Source: Candidatus Latescibacterota bacterium
GTDB taxonomy: Bacteria > Latescibacterota > UBA2968 > SICM01
Assembly: GCA_965217865.1 (NCBI GenBank)
Contig: CBDCJO010000002.1
Coordinates: 5,344,001-5,408,000 of the forward strand
DNA: 64,000 bases
Direction of reading: 5' to 3'
Under the pieces are notes generated by a model. The model saw only the letters and a program-made list of their open reading frames with translations, was not told the DNA's origin and searched no databases. The translations under genes and the position numbers were made by a program. Positions within the stretch are counted from its first letter, which is position 1; each line of letters starts with the position of its first letter. Shown one piece after another: positions 20,590 through 30,554 of this stretch.

Positions 20590-21462
20590 TTAAACCGTCG
20601 CCGCTTTAAATGCTCTGGTCACCATTCGTTCTGTCAGGACACGGGTCAGGTCTCGACGAAACTCCGCGGAACCCCTCTGGTCGGAAATCGGCCGGCTTTC
20701 TTCAGAGGCGATCCGAGCGGCCTGCTCGATTAGCTTTTGGTTCAATTCCTGGCCTCTTAGTAATTTTTCTGCACGAATTGCTCGAATTGGAGTGGGTGCG
20801 ACGGCCCCGAGGGAGATTTTCGCCTCCTTACAGCGTCCATTTTTTTTAGACATGGTCAAAGCGACGCCGACTCCCACGACAGCGATGTCCATAGCCTCCC
20901 GGATGGTGTGGCGAATATAGGCTGAGCCTGTTCTTGGGGGAGGGGAGGGGACAAGAATATGAGTCACCCATTCTCCTGTTCTCAGAATCGTTTTCCCCGG
21001 ACCGGTGAAAAAACGGCCAAGTTGAATGATCCGCGTTCCCTTCGGCCCCGCGATCTTGACCTTTGCTCCCACTACGATGAACCCGGGTGCCACATCGGCG
21101 GATGGGGCGGCGTTGCAGATATTCCCGACAAGGGTTGCCCGATTGCGAATCTGGACGGAACCGACGATCTCAGATCCCTCTACCAACGCTTTATAATGTT
21201 TGTGGAGGATGGGAGAATTTTCCGCCTCCCGCATCGTGACGCACGCCCCGATTGAAAGCCCCTTCTTTTTATCATACTGGATTTGGTCGAGCCCCGAAAT
21301 TCGTTTAATATCGACCACGACCTCGGGGGTAATGCTCCGATCCTTCATCTTGACAAGCAGATCCGTCCCCCCTGCAAGGATCATGGCGCGCTTCGAATGT
21401 TTCCTTAGGATCGAGACAACGCCTTTAATCGTCGTGGGACACACGTATTCGAAACGGTTCAC
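20590..21462 (-). CDS. Mo-hydroxylase FAD-binding subunit, CoxM/XdhB-like
   Basis: LAGGTDL, QIRNRATLVGNICNAAPSAD, GAVAPTP and PISDQRGSAEFR motifs. Confidence 0.95.
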   Translation of the reverse strand: MNRFEYVCPTTIKGVVSILRKHSKRAMILAGGTDLLVKMKDRSITPEVVVDIKRISGLDQIQYDKKKGLSIGACVTMREAENSPILHKHYKALVEGSEIVGSVQIRNRATLVGNICNAAPSADVAPGFIVVGAKVKIAGPKGTRIIQLGRFFTGPGKTILRTGEWVTHILVPSPPPRTGSAYIRHTIREAMDIAVVGVGVALTMSKKNGRCKEAKISLGAVAPTPIRAIRAEKLLRGQELNQKLIEQAARIASEESRPISDQRGSAEFRRDLTRVLTERMVTRAFKAATV

Positions 21463-21560
21463 TTCATCGGTCTCCTAACATAAGGCGATCGGTTAACAAC
21501 AATAGGTATATCATATTATATATAAAGGGCGTGGGATTAGAAGTCAAGGGGAAAGATCGA

Positions 21561-22892
21561 TCATTCGTCGCCAAAAACTTCCACATTTTTGACATTCCTT
21601 TGAAATTCGAGGTACGCTTCTTTAGACATTTCCGGCTTCGAGGATTCGAGGATCGATCTGGCCGAGGACGCATCCTCGAAGAGCAGGTCCACGGCCATTG
21701 CCGCGAGCGCTTTGGCTGGAAGGATATAGGCCATTTCGGGATCCGATATATGCCAATCGGGGGTGTGATGGCCCCCCGTCGCTCCAGCCAAAAAGGGGTG
21801 GAGAGAGGGCATGATATAAGAAACATCCCCCATATCAGTGGAGCCCGTTCGGTGGCCCCCCTGAAAGTACTGTTCTTCTCCGCCGATGAACGGGAGAACG
21901 TTCTCTTTGAACAATTCTGACATTTCGGGATTATTCAGAAGCGGGAAATAACCCGGAAGGGTTTCGATCTCGACACGAGCCCCGAGAGCCAACCCACCTG
22001 CCCGGAACGCTCTGTCTACTTTGGCGTTTGCTTCCTCAATGGCGCCGATCGTCTTACCCCGCACGTAGGTCTCAACCCGGACGTCGGACGGTATGACATT
22101 CACCAGATCACCTCCCCTCGTTATGATAGGGTGGACCCGGATACTGTCCTGGTCTCGAAAAGTCTCCCGAAGAGCATTGATGGCAGTCAGGGAGACGTGG
22201 GCTGCGTACAGGGCGTTGATCCCCTTATCTGGAGCGCCTCCGGCGTGTGCTTCCTTTCCGATGAATCTGACCTGTTTTACGATGCAGCCGTTGAAGGAAT
22301 CGACGACACCGGCCTTCCGGTCTTCTGCAGAATTGTTGGTGTGGATCATCATGGCCAAATCGATATCGTCGAATTCTCCAAGACGGATCAATTCCGGTTT
22401 GCCCCCCAGAAATTCGATCTTTCCCTCCTTCATCACTTTGGATCGATACGCCACTTCGACATACTCTTCCGCTGGTACTGCAAAGAAAACGATATTGCCC
22501 GACAGCGATCCGATTGCCTCCGCGTCGATCAAACCCATTGCAGCTCCCATCAGCCCGGTGATCTGGGCATTGTGGCCACAGGCATGGGCGGCCCCCGTCG
22601 TGGGGTTTGAACGAGGATGATTGGCGACGATGAGGGAGTCCAGTTCACCGATGAGTGCCAGGGTGGGGCCATCCCTACCCGTCTCCAGACGGGCTTTGAC
22701 ACCGGTTATTGCAAGACCTGCTCTGTGGGGCAGATCGAGAGACGCGAACTTCTCCCGGACAAGGGCAGCGGTCTCGAATTCTTTGAAACCCAGCTCCGGA
22801 TTGTCCATAATGGTTTCGCCGATATCGATGAGTTCGCTTCTCCGATGATCTATAGCCTTGTAAACCTTGGCTTTAAGCTCCTCTTTTGTCAT
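21561..22892 (-). CDS. M20 family amidohydrolase (Acy1-like)
   Basis: NPELGFKE, ELDSL, HACGH, PAEE, AHAG and GSTDMGD; start at MTKEEL after a GGAGG RBS. Confidence 0.9.
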   Translation of the reverse strand: MTKEELKAKVYKAIDHRRSELIDIGETIMDNPELGFKEFETAALVREKFASLDLPHRAGLAITGVKARLETGRDGPTLALIGELDSLIVANHPRSNPTTGAAHACGHNAQITGLMGAAMGLIDAEAIGSLSGNIVFFAVPAEEYVEVAYRSKVMKEGKIEFLGGKPELIRLGEFDDIDLAMMIHTNNSAEDRKAGVVDSFNGCIVKQVRFIGKEAHAGGAPDKGINALYAAHVSLTAINALRETFRDQDSIRVHPIITRGGDLVNVIPSDVRVETYVRGKTIGAIEEANAKVDRAFRAGGLALGARVEIETLPGYFPLLNNPEMSELFKENVLPFIGGEEQYFQGGHRTGSTDMGDVSYIMPSLHPFLAGATGGHHTPDWHISDPEMAYILPAKALAAMAVDLLFEDASSARSILESSKPEMSKEAYLEFQRNVKNVEVFGDE

Positions 22893-23141
22893 GTGGCCTC
22901 CGGGAACATGGCAATGGGCTGGGACTTGATATAGGTGTCCATAGGGTGTGGACCGTGAATAATTCATTAAATAATAGAGGGTCTTCATGGATTGTCAAGG
23001 GATAATGACCCCTAAGCTTTCAAAAAGTAGGCTATTTCATCTTGACTAATTCCTAACAGTCCGGTAGATTTCATGACGGTATAATCCAATAATCTGGCTC
23101 ATACCGAATGAAAAAGGACCTGCAGCCCGGGGGGATCATCG

Positions 23142-23393
23142 ATGCTCTGTGAGCGTTGCGGAAAATACCCGGTTTCAAAGGTTAAGACGGTCCTGGCCAA
23201 CGACGGAAAGTCCTCCGCGTTTTTGTGTGAAAATTGTTTCAAGGCGGAAGGCGAAACGAGTCCTCCATCAGAGGCTTTGGAGAGCCCGTGCGATCGTTGC
23301 CGAGTTAGAGAGGGCACAGTAAAATACATCAAGATGGATGGGGAGCTTCGCACGGTATCCTATCTGTGTGAAGAATGCGCTGAGTCCCGGTAA
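23142..23393 (+). CDS. Small zinc-binding protein with a duplicated McsA-like CxxC...CxxC module
   Basis: MLCERC...LCENC and PCDRC...LCEEC; GGGGG RBS. Confidence 0.65.
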   Translation: MLCERCGKYPVSKVKTVLANDGKSSAFLCENCFKAEGETSPPSEALESPCDRCRVREGTVKYIKMDGELRTVSYLCEECAESR

Positions 23394-23407
23394 AGGCAGG
23401 GTGATCC

Positions 23408-24223
23408 ATGGAATCCGGACAGATGAAAAATCATGTCTTGATTATCGGAGAGGAGGAGGATTTCACCCGGGTTCTCGCGGTTTATCTATCCGATCTCGGT
23501 CTGCACACTTCAACCGCGAGTCGCTGGACGGATGCCCTTACGCGGATCGAAGAGGAGTCGCCCGGAGTGGTTCTACTCGATCCGTTGCTTCCCACCGTAC
23601 AGGGGGAGACCATCCTCAAGTTTCTCCGACAGGAAGGTAATTCGGTGCCTGTCGTGATCATGTCGGACCATCTCGAAGCGAGGCGAATCGAGACGCTTAA
23701 ATCATTGGGGGCAAGTGAGTTTGTCCAAAAGACCTTCGCTTTTTATCAGATCGCACAGGCTATAGCAAAGGTGCTTCCCGGGTGGTCTGCGGAGAATGCA
23801 CCGCTTATCTCGGAAGAGGAGTTTCAGCGAATCGTCGAGCAGCGGCTCGGTGAAATCGATAAGGAGGATCGGCCTCCTCCGATGGTTGACATCAAACCCC
23901 AACCCATCTCATCGGTTTCCGTTCCATCTCAATCTGTTTCCAATTCACCAGAGGCCGCCGATGCGGCTTCTTCCGGACCGTCTGAGGTTGCCCCCCAGCC
24001 CTCCACACCTTCGACCGAGGTTCAGGAACCCATTCCAGAACCCCCTCCACCTCCTCCACAACCCTCGGCGCCCAGCGAGCCTGAGCACCAGAGGCGAAGG
24101 GTAAGACATCGCCGTAAGGTTGGGTCAAGGAGCACCAGACGCGTCGTTATAGGTTTTCTCTTGTTTGCTTGGCCGTCGGCTTTATGTATTTTTACCTTTG
24201 GAAAGCAATTGCCGATTTTGTAG
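23408..24223 (+). CDS. Response regulator with Pro-rich linker and C-terminal TM segment
   Basis: Degenerate receiver (VLLDPLLP...G, VVIMS); P/S-rich linker; basic stretch and hydrophobic tail. Confidence 0.7.
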   Translation: MESGQMKNHVLIIGEEEDFTRVLAVYLSDLGLHTSTASRWTDALTRIEEESPGVVLLDPLLPTVQGETILKFLRQEGNSVPVVIMSDHLEARRIETLKSLGASEFVQKTFAFYQIAQAIAKVLPGWSAENAPLISEEEFQRIVEQRLGEIDKEDRPPPMVDIKPQPISSVSVPSQSVSNSPEAADAASSGPSEVAPQPSTPSTEVQEPIPEPPPPPPQPSAPSEPEHQRRRVRHRRKVGSRSTRRVVIGFLLFAWPSALCIFTFGKQLPIL

Positions 24224-24373
24224 CTAGCGGGTAGAGCAGGAACGCAGGGAATAGCCGCCAGCTTTCAACGATAATTTGAGTCGGAATTTTGGGGTCGGGC
24301 TCCTATTTCAGGAGTCAGATCCTTTTTTTATTTTTCTTTATGTGGATGACTGGGATCTTTCGAACGGATATCT

Positions 24374-25198
24374 TCAGGCCTGAAGGGGGGAAGGTGGGAC
24401 GGAGACTTCGGGGTGCTGTATGGGGACAGGTGGGGAGATCAGGTTTTCCCGCTGCCGGTTGACAAACCCATCGAGATCTGAGAAGAACTCTTCGACCTGG
24501 AGGGCAACCTGGGACTTGAATTCGTTCAAGGCTTTCCCTTCCAGTTTGAAAGAGGTTCCCACTTCCTCAAGGAACCCATCCAGACCTTCCATTACCACGG
24601 ACATGGTGCGGTCCAGCGCCCGGTCTACGAGATGGAAGAACCCCTGGGTGGCCTCTCCGGAAAGGGATGTCATCCGGTCCGTGGCGGAGAGATATTCTTC
24701 AAATATGTTGTTATCCCCCTCCGAGAGGGTTGTAGACTGGGAGGTAAACTGGTGGAGGAAAGAGGCCTCAAGAGAGATATTCACTTCAAAGGTACGGCCC
24801 ACATCCCCGCCGGTCGAATCAATGTGGCCTGCCGTCTGAGGATCCTGGGATACCGAAATGGAGCGCGTTCGTTCGTAGAAAAGGTTCAAGGCCACCTGAC
24901 GATCCTCTTGAACCCTTCTGTAAGCGGTCGTTCCTAATTCCTCGCTTTTCGGGCTTGTAGATGCGTCTTCCTGCACAAGCGATCGAACTGCCGCAATCTC
25001 ACGACGGATGGACAGATGGCGAAACTGGAAACCGATATTCCCCTGTGCAGAACCGAGGACCCTTTCGAACCTGTCTTTCGGATTGTCCTCTTGTGAGCCG
25101 GGTTGGGGGAGGGGAGTCTGTTGCAGGATCTGGGGATGGAATTGCCTTGGCAGGTTTTGAAAGGGTTGAAGTGACCCCGATTGATCTGTTTGGATCAT
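24374..25198 (-). CDS. Hypothetical protein, possibly flagellar-regulon associated
   Basis: 274-aa ORF with helical C-terminus; sigma-28-like promoter directly upstream. Confidence 0.65.
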   Translation of the reverse strand: MIQTDQSGSLQPFQNLPRQFHPQILQQTPLPQPGSQEDNPKDRFERVLGSAQGNIGFQFRHLSIRREIAAVRSLVQEDASTSPKSEELGTTAYRRVQEDRQVALNLFYERTRSISVSQDPQTAGHIDSTGGDVGRTFEVNISLEASFLHQFTSQSTTLSEGDNNIFEEYLSATDRMTSLSGEATQGFFHLVDRALDRTMSVVMEGLDGFLEEVGTSFKLEGKALNEFKSQVALQVEEFFSDLDGFVNRQRENLISPPVPIQHPEVSVPPSPLQA

Positions 25199-25243
25199 CG
25201 ATTTCCCTCAGGAAATTGCCGGTTTATTTTCCACCTGTTCCTA

Positions 25244-25270
25244 TGATCGGCAGAATTCCTGAGTTCTTGA
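25244..25270 (-). promoter_or_regulatory. Sigma-28 (FliA)-type promoter
   Basis: TCAA-N15-GCCGATCA on the minus strand. Confidence 0.65.
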
Positions 25271-25291
25271 GGGCTTTTTTTCGATCTGGCG

Positions 25292-26039
25292 TTATCTTTC
25301 GATCACGATCTCGAATCGCCGATTTTTGGCCTGTCCCTCAAGGGTATCGTTCGGGGCGATGGGCCGGGACTCTCCGAAGGCCCGTATAAACAGGATTCGG
25401 GAGTCGATCTTTCCCTGGTTGATCATGTAATCTCGTACCGTGGCTGCACGTTGTTCGGAGAGGTTCATGTTGAATTCGGCTGACCCCTCGTTGTCCGTAT
25501 GGCCCTCGACGATGGCACGCTTGGGCTTGTGGATATCGATGAACCTCTTTGCCTTCTCCAGGTGCTGGATGGCCTTTGGGAGGAGGGTTGCGCTTCCCTT
25601 GGCGAAAAGCTCCTCTCCCTGGATGACGAGAACGGGTAAGACAAAATCGCCGACGAGAACGGCGTCCCTCTCCCTGAGGGGATTATCGCTCCCCGCCATC
25701 CCAACGATGCGTGCAACACAGTAAGCTTTCGTGTACCTCAATAGATTTCATCTGTCCGATGAAGATCCGGGTGGGGATGGAGATGTCACTTATCTCATCG
25801 ACGATCTCCTTGTTCCGGTACACGTTCATGGTGTTTCCCTTTTGCAGCCCGTGTTGGAGCCCCACCGTGACGTAATAGTCGTTTTTTATGCTGTCCCGAT
25901 TGGCCGCCTCTCCCATATCGAAGGGTGTTTTGACGCGGATGACCCGGAAGCGATTCTTTTGGCCTTCCGCAGGGGAGGTACTCAAGATTATCGGAAAGAT
26001 TAAACATATGGCCTTGATGATAGGAAATAGGGATCGCAT
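25292..26039 (-). pseudogene. Secreted OmpA/MotB-like domain protein, frameshifted at ~25728
   Basis: Signal peptide plus N-domain (25683..26039) ...IEVHE | YCVARIV... then VEGHTD, LSEQRA, GESRPIA.N and NRRFEI (25292..25741). Confidence 0.85.
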
Positions 26040-26111
26040 GACAACCTCCTTTTATGACTCAAAGCGATGAAATGTAACGTCGTTCCGCAGAAACCTACCC
26101 GTACGACGGAC

Positions 26112-26906
26112 TTATTCGATCACCTTGCCACAATGAGGACACCTCAGGGAACCCGACTTTTTGTGCTCAATCGCTTCAACGAACCCGGCTCCGAGGATTC
26201 CGACGGGGAGTGCAAACATACCCACTCCGAGGATTGCGATAATCGCAGCAAAGAACTTTCCAAGGGCTGTGATTGGATATAGATCGCCGTATCCGACGGT
26301 GGTTAAGGTCACCACGGACCACCACATCGTAGAGGGAATGTTCGGAAAGGCGTCTGGCTGGGCAGCGTTCTCACAGTAATAGATCAATGTCGAAGAGAAC
26401 ACCATCAGCATCAACATAAGCATAGATGTAAGCACCAGTTCTTCTTTTTTCGATTTTATGACATGGCCGATCATCTGGAGGGAGGAGTTGTAACGGAAGA
26501 GCTTCGCGACCCGGAGGAATCTCATCAAACGGAGTACCCGGCCGGAACGAAGATCGACACCGACGAAAGGCAGATAAAAGGGCAAGATCGAAATCAGATC
26601 GATTATAATTAAAGGCCTGGCGATAAACTTTATTCGTCCGGCGAATGGTCTTGAGAAGCGTTGGTCCGATACACAGGACCAGGCGCGTGCGAGATACTCG
26701 ACGGAGAATACCATAACGGAAAAGATCTCAAAACGGTGGAAATATGGGCCCATTCGATCCGAAACGGATGGGACCGAATCCAGGATAACCGCGATGACAT
26801 TAAGAAGGATCAGGGTCAGGATCGTCGCGTCGAACCACCTGCTCGTGGAATCATCAGGCTTGGCAACTTCCACGATTTCCCATACCCTCTCTCGAATCGT
26901 CCCCAT
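26112..26906 (-). CDS. Voltage-gated potassium channel (ion transporter)
   Basis: S4-like RVLRLMRFLRVAK and TTVGYGD selectivity filter; C-terminal CPHCG. Confidence 0.93.
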   Translation of the reverse strand: MGTIRERVWEIVEVAKPDDSTSRWFDATILTLILLNVIAVILDSVPSVSDRMGPYFHRFEIFSVMVFSVEYLARAWSCVSDQRFSRPFAGRIKFIARPLIIIDLISILPFYLPFVGVDLRSGRVLRLMRFLRVAKLFRYNSSLQMIGHVIKSKKEELVLTSMLMLMLMVFSSTLIYYCENAAQPDAFPNIPSTMWWSVVTLTTVGYGDLYPITALGKFFAAIIAILGVGMFALPVGILGAGFVEAIEHKKSGSLRCPHCGKVIE

Positions 26907-27166
26907 ATAAACCGTCGGTCTCCCTCTATTACAGAATCGATATTCACCCTGAGAAAGCGTTTCAGGCAGGTATCCTTTTGTCTTCTTCAAGCTCGAACCG
27001 GTCGGTAAACTAAAGATGATAATAGCCATTCCCTACCGGTCCGTCAAGACAAAATGAGCTTAGATCCTTCGGTTGACTTTGATCCTTTGTTGTGATAGAT
27101 TAGGCTTCCATTCAGATGATCGATCGGGGAAATTCGAAGCGATTTTTTTAAAAGACGGGAACCGAC

Positions 27167-28222
27167 GTGCCAAAATTTCAAACTCAAACCTTGAAACGGA
27201 TCGGAGTGGAGCTTTTCAAATCGGCAGGTTGTTCGGAGAAGAACGCCATAATGGTCGTGGACCACCTGGTGGAGTCCAACCTCTTCGGTCACGACTCACA
27301 CGGTGCGATCCGTATTTACGAATACCTTGAACATATACGCGAAGGGCGGTTTCAAGCCGACGCCGAGCCCCGGGTGGTTCGCGAAACCGCCTGTACTGCA
27401 CTGGTGGACGGCGGAGGTGCGATCGGACAGGTTGGCGCCACCTTTGTCGCCCAGCTGGCCATTCGAAAAGCTCGCGAACACGGGACCTGTTCGGTTGCCC
27501 TCAGAAATACCAGTCACGTAGGCCGGGCTGGGGCCTACCCTCTGATGGCCGCGCGGGAGGGAATGATGGGGCTTGCGTTTGTGAACGCAGGGAAACTGGG
27601 CTACCAGATCGCTCCTTTCGGGGGTATAGATGGCCGGTTGAGCACGGACCCGATCGCCTTTGCGGCACCCAGGCGGGATTCGGATCCCATCATGGTTGAT
27701 ATGACCACATCGGTCGTTGCTGAGGGGAAGATCCGCCTGGCCAGGAATCAGGGAAAGCCGGTTCCGGAAGGGTGGATCATCGACCACGAAGGGAATACGA
27801 CGACGGATCCGAACGTGTTTTTCGATGGGCCCGGAGCCATTCTTCCGATGGGTGGGGTGGTGGGCCACAAAGGTTATGGATTGAGTTTTGTGGTTGAGCT
27901 TCTCGGGGGTACTCTGAGCGGCCAGGGATGTGCGGGGGGGGAGAGGAAGATGAAGAGCAACGGGGTACTCATGACGGTTTACAATATCGAACACTTCACA
28001 GATCTCGACACATACTATGATGAAGTAGAGGATCTCATCAGACACGTTCAAACGAGCCGGCTCTCGAAAGGATTCAAGGAAATCCTGGTTCCGGGTGAGC
28101 CTGAATTCAGGTCAGCCCTGAAACGGGAGGAGGATGGGGTAGAGGTGGATGATACCACCTGGTCTCGCATTTGCGTTGAGGCAGAGGCCCTCGGGTTGGA
28201 TCCCGCAAAGTTGGAGGCATGA
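27167..28222 (+). CDS. Ldh_2 family (malate/L-lactate/sulfolactate-type) oxidoreductase
   Basis: GHDSHG, SHVGR, DMTTS, GHKGYGL and PGEPE motifs. Confidence 0.92.
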   Translation: MPKFQTQTLKRIGVELFKSAGCSEKNAIMVVDHLVESNLFGHDSHGAIRIYEYLEHIREGRFQADAEPRVVRETACTALVDGGGAIGQVGATFVAQLAIRKAREHGTCSVALRNTSHVGRAGAYPLMAAREGMMGLAFVNAGKLGYQIAPFGGIDGRLSTDPIAFAAPRRDSDPIMVDMTTSVVAEGKIRLARNQGKPVPEGWIIDHEGNTTTDPNVFFDGPGAILPMGGVVGHKGYGLSFVVELLGGTLSGQGCAGGERKMKSNGVLMTVYNIEHFTDLDTYYDEVEDLIRHVQTSRLSKGFKEILVPGEPEFRSALKREEDGVEVDDTTWSRICVEAEALGLDPAKLEA

Positions 28223-28299
28223 GGCTCCTGTGTTGAATGGCTTTCTTGAATCGAATCAATCCTCCGGACGGAAAACAGCACATGGAGGATAACATTAAG

Positions 28300-28578
28300 A
28301 TGGAAAAGAAAATGTGCCTCCACTTAATCGTTGATGGCGTTGTTCAGGGAGTGGGTTTCAGATTTTTCACGGAGAGGACAGCCAGACGATATGGCCTATC
28401 TGGATGGGTCCGGAATCTGCCGGATGGCCGGGTGGAAATCGAGGCGGAAGGGGAAGAGGGGGTTCTGAACGCATTTCTGAAGGATGTAAATCAAGGGCCG
28501 AGCTTTTCCAGGGTGACGCACGTCGGCGTCGAGAAAATCCCCGCGCCGGGGCACCGGTCGTTTGAAGTGAGATTTTGA
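28300..28578 (+). CDS. acyP: Acylphosphatase
   Basis: [21 protein letters not shown] and GP motifs. Confidence 0.93.
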   Translation: MEKKMCLHLIVDGVVQGVGFRFFTERTARRYGLSGWVRNLPDGRVEIEAEGEEGVLNAFLKDVNQGPSFSRVTHVGVEKIPAPGHRSFEVRF

Positions 28579-28587
28579 ATCAAGAAC

Positions 28588-28653
28588 CGTGATTCGTGAT
28601 TCGTGATTCGTGATTCGTGATTCGTGATTCGTGATTCGTGATTCGTGATTCGT
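28588..28653 (+). repeat. Perfect tandem heptamer (CGTGATT)x9 plus CGT
   Basis: Counted directly; inverted partial copy CACGAATCACG at 28730-28740. Confidence 0.97.
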
Positions 28654-28765
28654 TACAAATTGATCCGAATAACTTGAGGAATAGTCAACTTTCTTTTTGA
28701 ATGGATTCGGTTTATTGGCTTTTCCGATCCACGAATCACGTTCCACGGCCTAGATGGAGTGATTC

Positions 28766-29281
28766 ATGGCTGACTTATCAAATTATATCCGAGATGTTCC
28801 GGATTTCCCGAAGCCGGGAATCCTGTTTCGGGACATCACCCCTCTGCTGCTGGACCCGATGGCACTTAACCAGGCCGTGGAGGCCCTGGCAAACCCATAT
28901 CGTGAGCGGGATATCGACCTGGTCGCTGGCATCGAGTCCCGAGGTTTTATCTTCGGCGTTGGCGTCGCACAAACCCTGAACCTGGGATTCGTCCCGATTC
29001 GGAAGCCGGGAAAACTTCCCGCAGACACGGTCCGGGAGGAATATCAACTGGAATACGGAACCGATGCCGTAGAGATTCACCGGGATGCGGTGCGTCCGGG
29101 TCAGAGCGTGTTGATGGTGGACGATCTCCTGGCTACCGGCGGAACGATGGGGGCGAGTTGCCGGTTGATTGAGCGGCTGGGTGGGGTTGTTGCGGGTGTG
29201 GTGTTTCTGATCGAGCTGACCTTCCTGAACGGACGGGAAAAACTGGAGGGGAGGGATATCCGTGTGGAAATACAGTATTGA
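28766..29281 (+). CDS. apt: Adenine phosphoribosyltransferase
   Basis: PDFPKPGILFRDIT, ESRGF, RKPGKLP and VDDLLATGGT motifs. Confidence 0.97.
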   Translation: MADLSNYIRDVPDFPKPGILFRDITPLLLDPMALNQAVEALANPYRERDIDLVAGIESRGFIFGVGVAQTLNLGFVPIRKPGKLPADTVREEYQLEYGTDAVEIHRDAVRPGQSVLMVDDLLATGGTMGASCRLIERLGGVVAGVVFLIELTFLNGREKLEGRDIRVEIQY

Positions 29282-29315
29282 TTGGGAATTTTGGATAAAA
29301 TCGGATGTTCAAACC

Positions 29316-29714
29316 CTATTCGGAATCGATCTCGGCCGGTTCGCCGAGGACGTCCCTGACGGTCTCAAACAGAACCTCCACCTTGAAAGGCTTGGGAAGA
29401 ATATGTCGAACTCCGAGTCGCCTCATCTGTTCGATTTTGGGGTCTGAGGGATCGGCGGTGATGGCAATGACGGGGGTATCGATTCCATTATCCTGCAGGG
29501 CCTTGACAAACGTCAAACCGTCGATCAATGACATTTTCACGTCAACCGTTACCAGGTCGTAAGGTTTTTCCCCCCGAGCGGTGGACAGGGCCACGTAGCT
29601 GTCCACCGGCGCTGTCACCTGATAGCCCTTCGAGGTCAGAATATCGACCAGAAACGCCCGCATCTCCTCGCTGTCTTCGAGGACTAAGATTCGTGTTGGA
29701 TCATTATCGCCCAT
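29316..29714 (-). CDS. Single-domain response regulator
   Basis: VLEDS, VDVKM, ITA and KPF receiver motifs. Confidence 0.88.
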   Translation of the reverse strand: MGDNDPTRILVLEDSEEMRAFLVDILTSKGYQVTAPVDSYVALSTARGEKPYDLVTVDVKMSLIDGLTFVKALQDNGIDTPVIAITADPSDPKIEQMRRLGVRHILPKPFKVEVLFETVRDVLGEPAEIDSE

Positions 29715-29834
29715 GTTTGAGCCTCATTTCTGACGGCCGCTAAAATAAGTCATGGTACCGGGGAAGTCAAACGGAAAGGGTTATCTTCCCACTTCCGATC
29801 CTACCCGGAATCCGGGGACCTGGGACAGGGGAGG

Positions 29835-30554
29835 TTGACAGGGGTGCTCGATAAAAAAGCCGAATTTGTCCGGGCCCTCTTCACAGGGATCCCCCGGGAA
29901 TACGATAAGCTTCTTGGGTTGCTCACCTTCGGACAGGACGGACGCTGGCGTCGGAAGGCCATTCAGGCTTCGGGGCTGACGCCTCCCGCACGCATCCTTG
30001 ACCTTGCAACAGGCACGGGCATCTTCGCCTACGAATGGCTCGACCTCCTCGGTCCGGATCTCAAGATCATCGCCCTCGACATTACCCCCGCCATGCTTGG
30101 CCAATCCATGAAGGTTCAAAACGATCGGGGCGGAACCGATCCGCTCTACTTTGTCTGCGGCAGGACCGAAATGCTCCCCTTCCCGGACGAACATTTCGAT
30201 GGGATCAGTATCGGCCTCGCCCTGAGAAACCTTTCTTCACTCGAGGCCTCGTTTGCCGAAATGACACGAGTGGTCCGACCCGGCGGAAAAGTGCTCTCCG
30301 TGGATTTCACTCGTCCGGCCAACCCTCTCTTTCGCCGACTCTACTATCCCTACCTCTGCAGGGGTCTTCCCGCGATCGGCCGCGCGATTTCCCCGGAGTG
30401 GGACGAGACTTTCGAATATCTCTGGAGGTCCATTCTCAACTTCCGGGAGATCGGGGAAGTAACCGGCGTGATGAAGCGCGCGGGTTTTAAAGACATCGAA
30501 GCACATTCCCTCACAGGGGGAATCGCCACCCTTTTAATGGGAACACGGCCTTGA
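29835..30554 (+). CDS. UbiE/MenG-family SAM-dependent methyltransferase
   Basis: YD..L..LTFGQD..WR, LDLATGTG, LPFPD..FD, LRN and YL..SI motifs. Confidence 0.88.
   Translation: MTGVLDKKAEFVRALFTGIPREYDKLLGLLTFGQDGRWRRKAIQASGLTPPARILDLATGTGIFAYEWLDLLGPDLKIIALDITPAMLGQSMKVQNDRGGTDPLYFVCGRTEMLPFPDEHFDGISIGLALRNLSSLEASFAEMTRVVRPGGKVLSVDFTRPANPLFRRLYYPYLCRGLPAIGRAISPEWDETFEYLWRSILNFREIGEVTGVMKRAGFKDIEAHSLTGGIATLLMGTRP

Noticed and set aside
24221-24274. Possible premature TAG in the 23408 response regulator
   Set aside because: Readthrough adds only ~16 codons and cannot be judged without homologues
28588-28653. Possible CRISPR array (also the 32128-32276 repeats)
   Set aside because: Contiguous 7-bp units without unique spacers; no cas genes in the window
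28396-28746. ORF with NHESRIT repeats
   Set aside because: Just the translation of the (CGTGATT)n array, antisense to acyP
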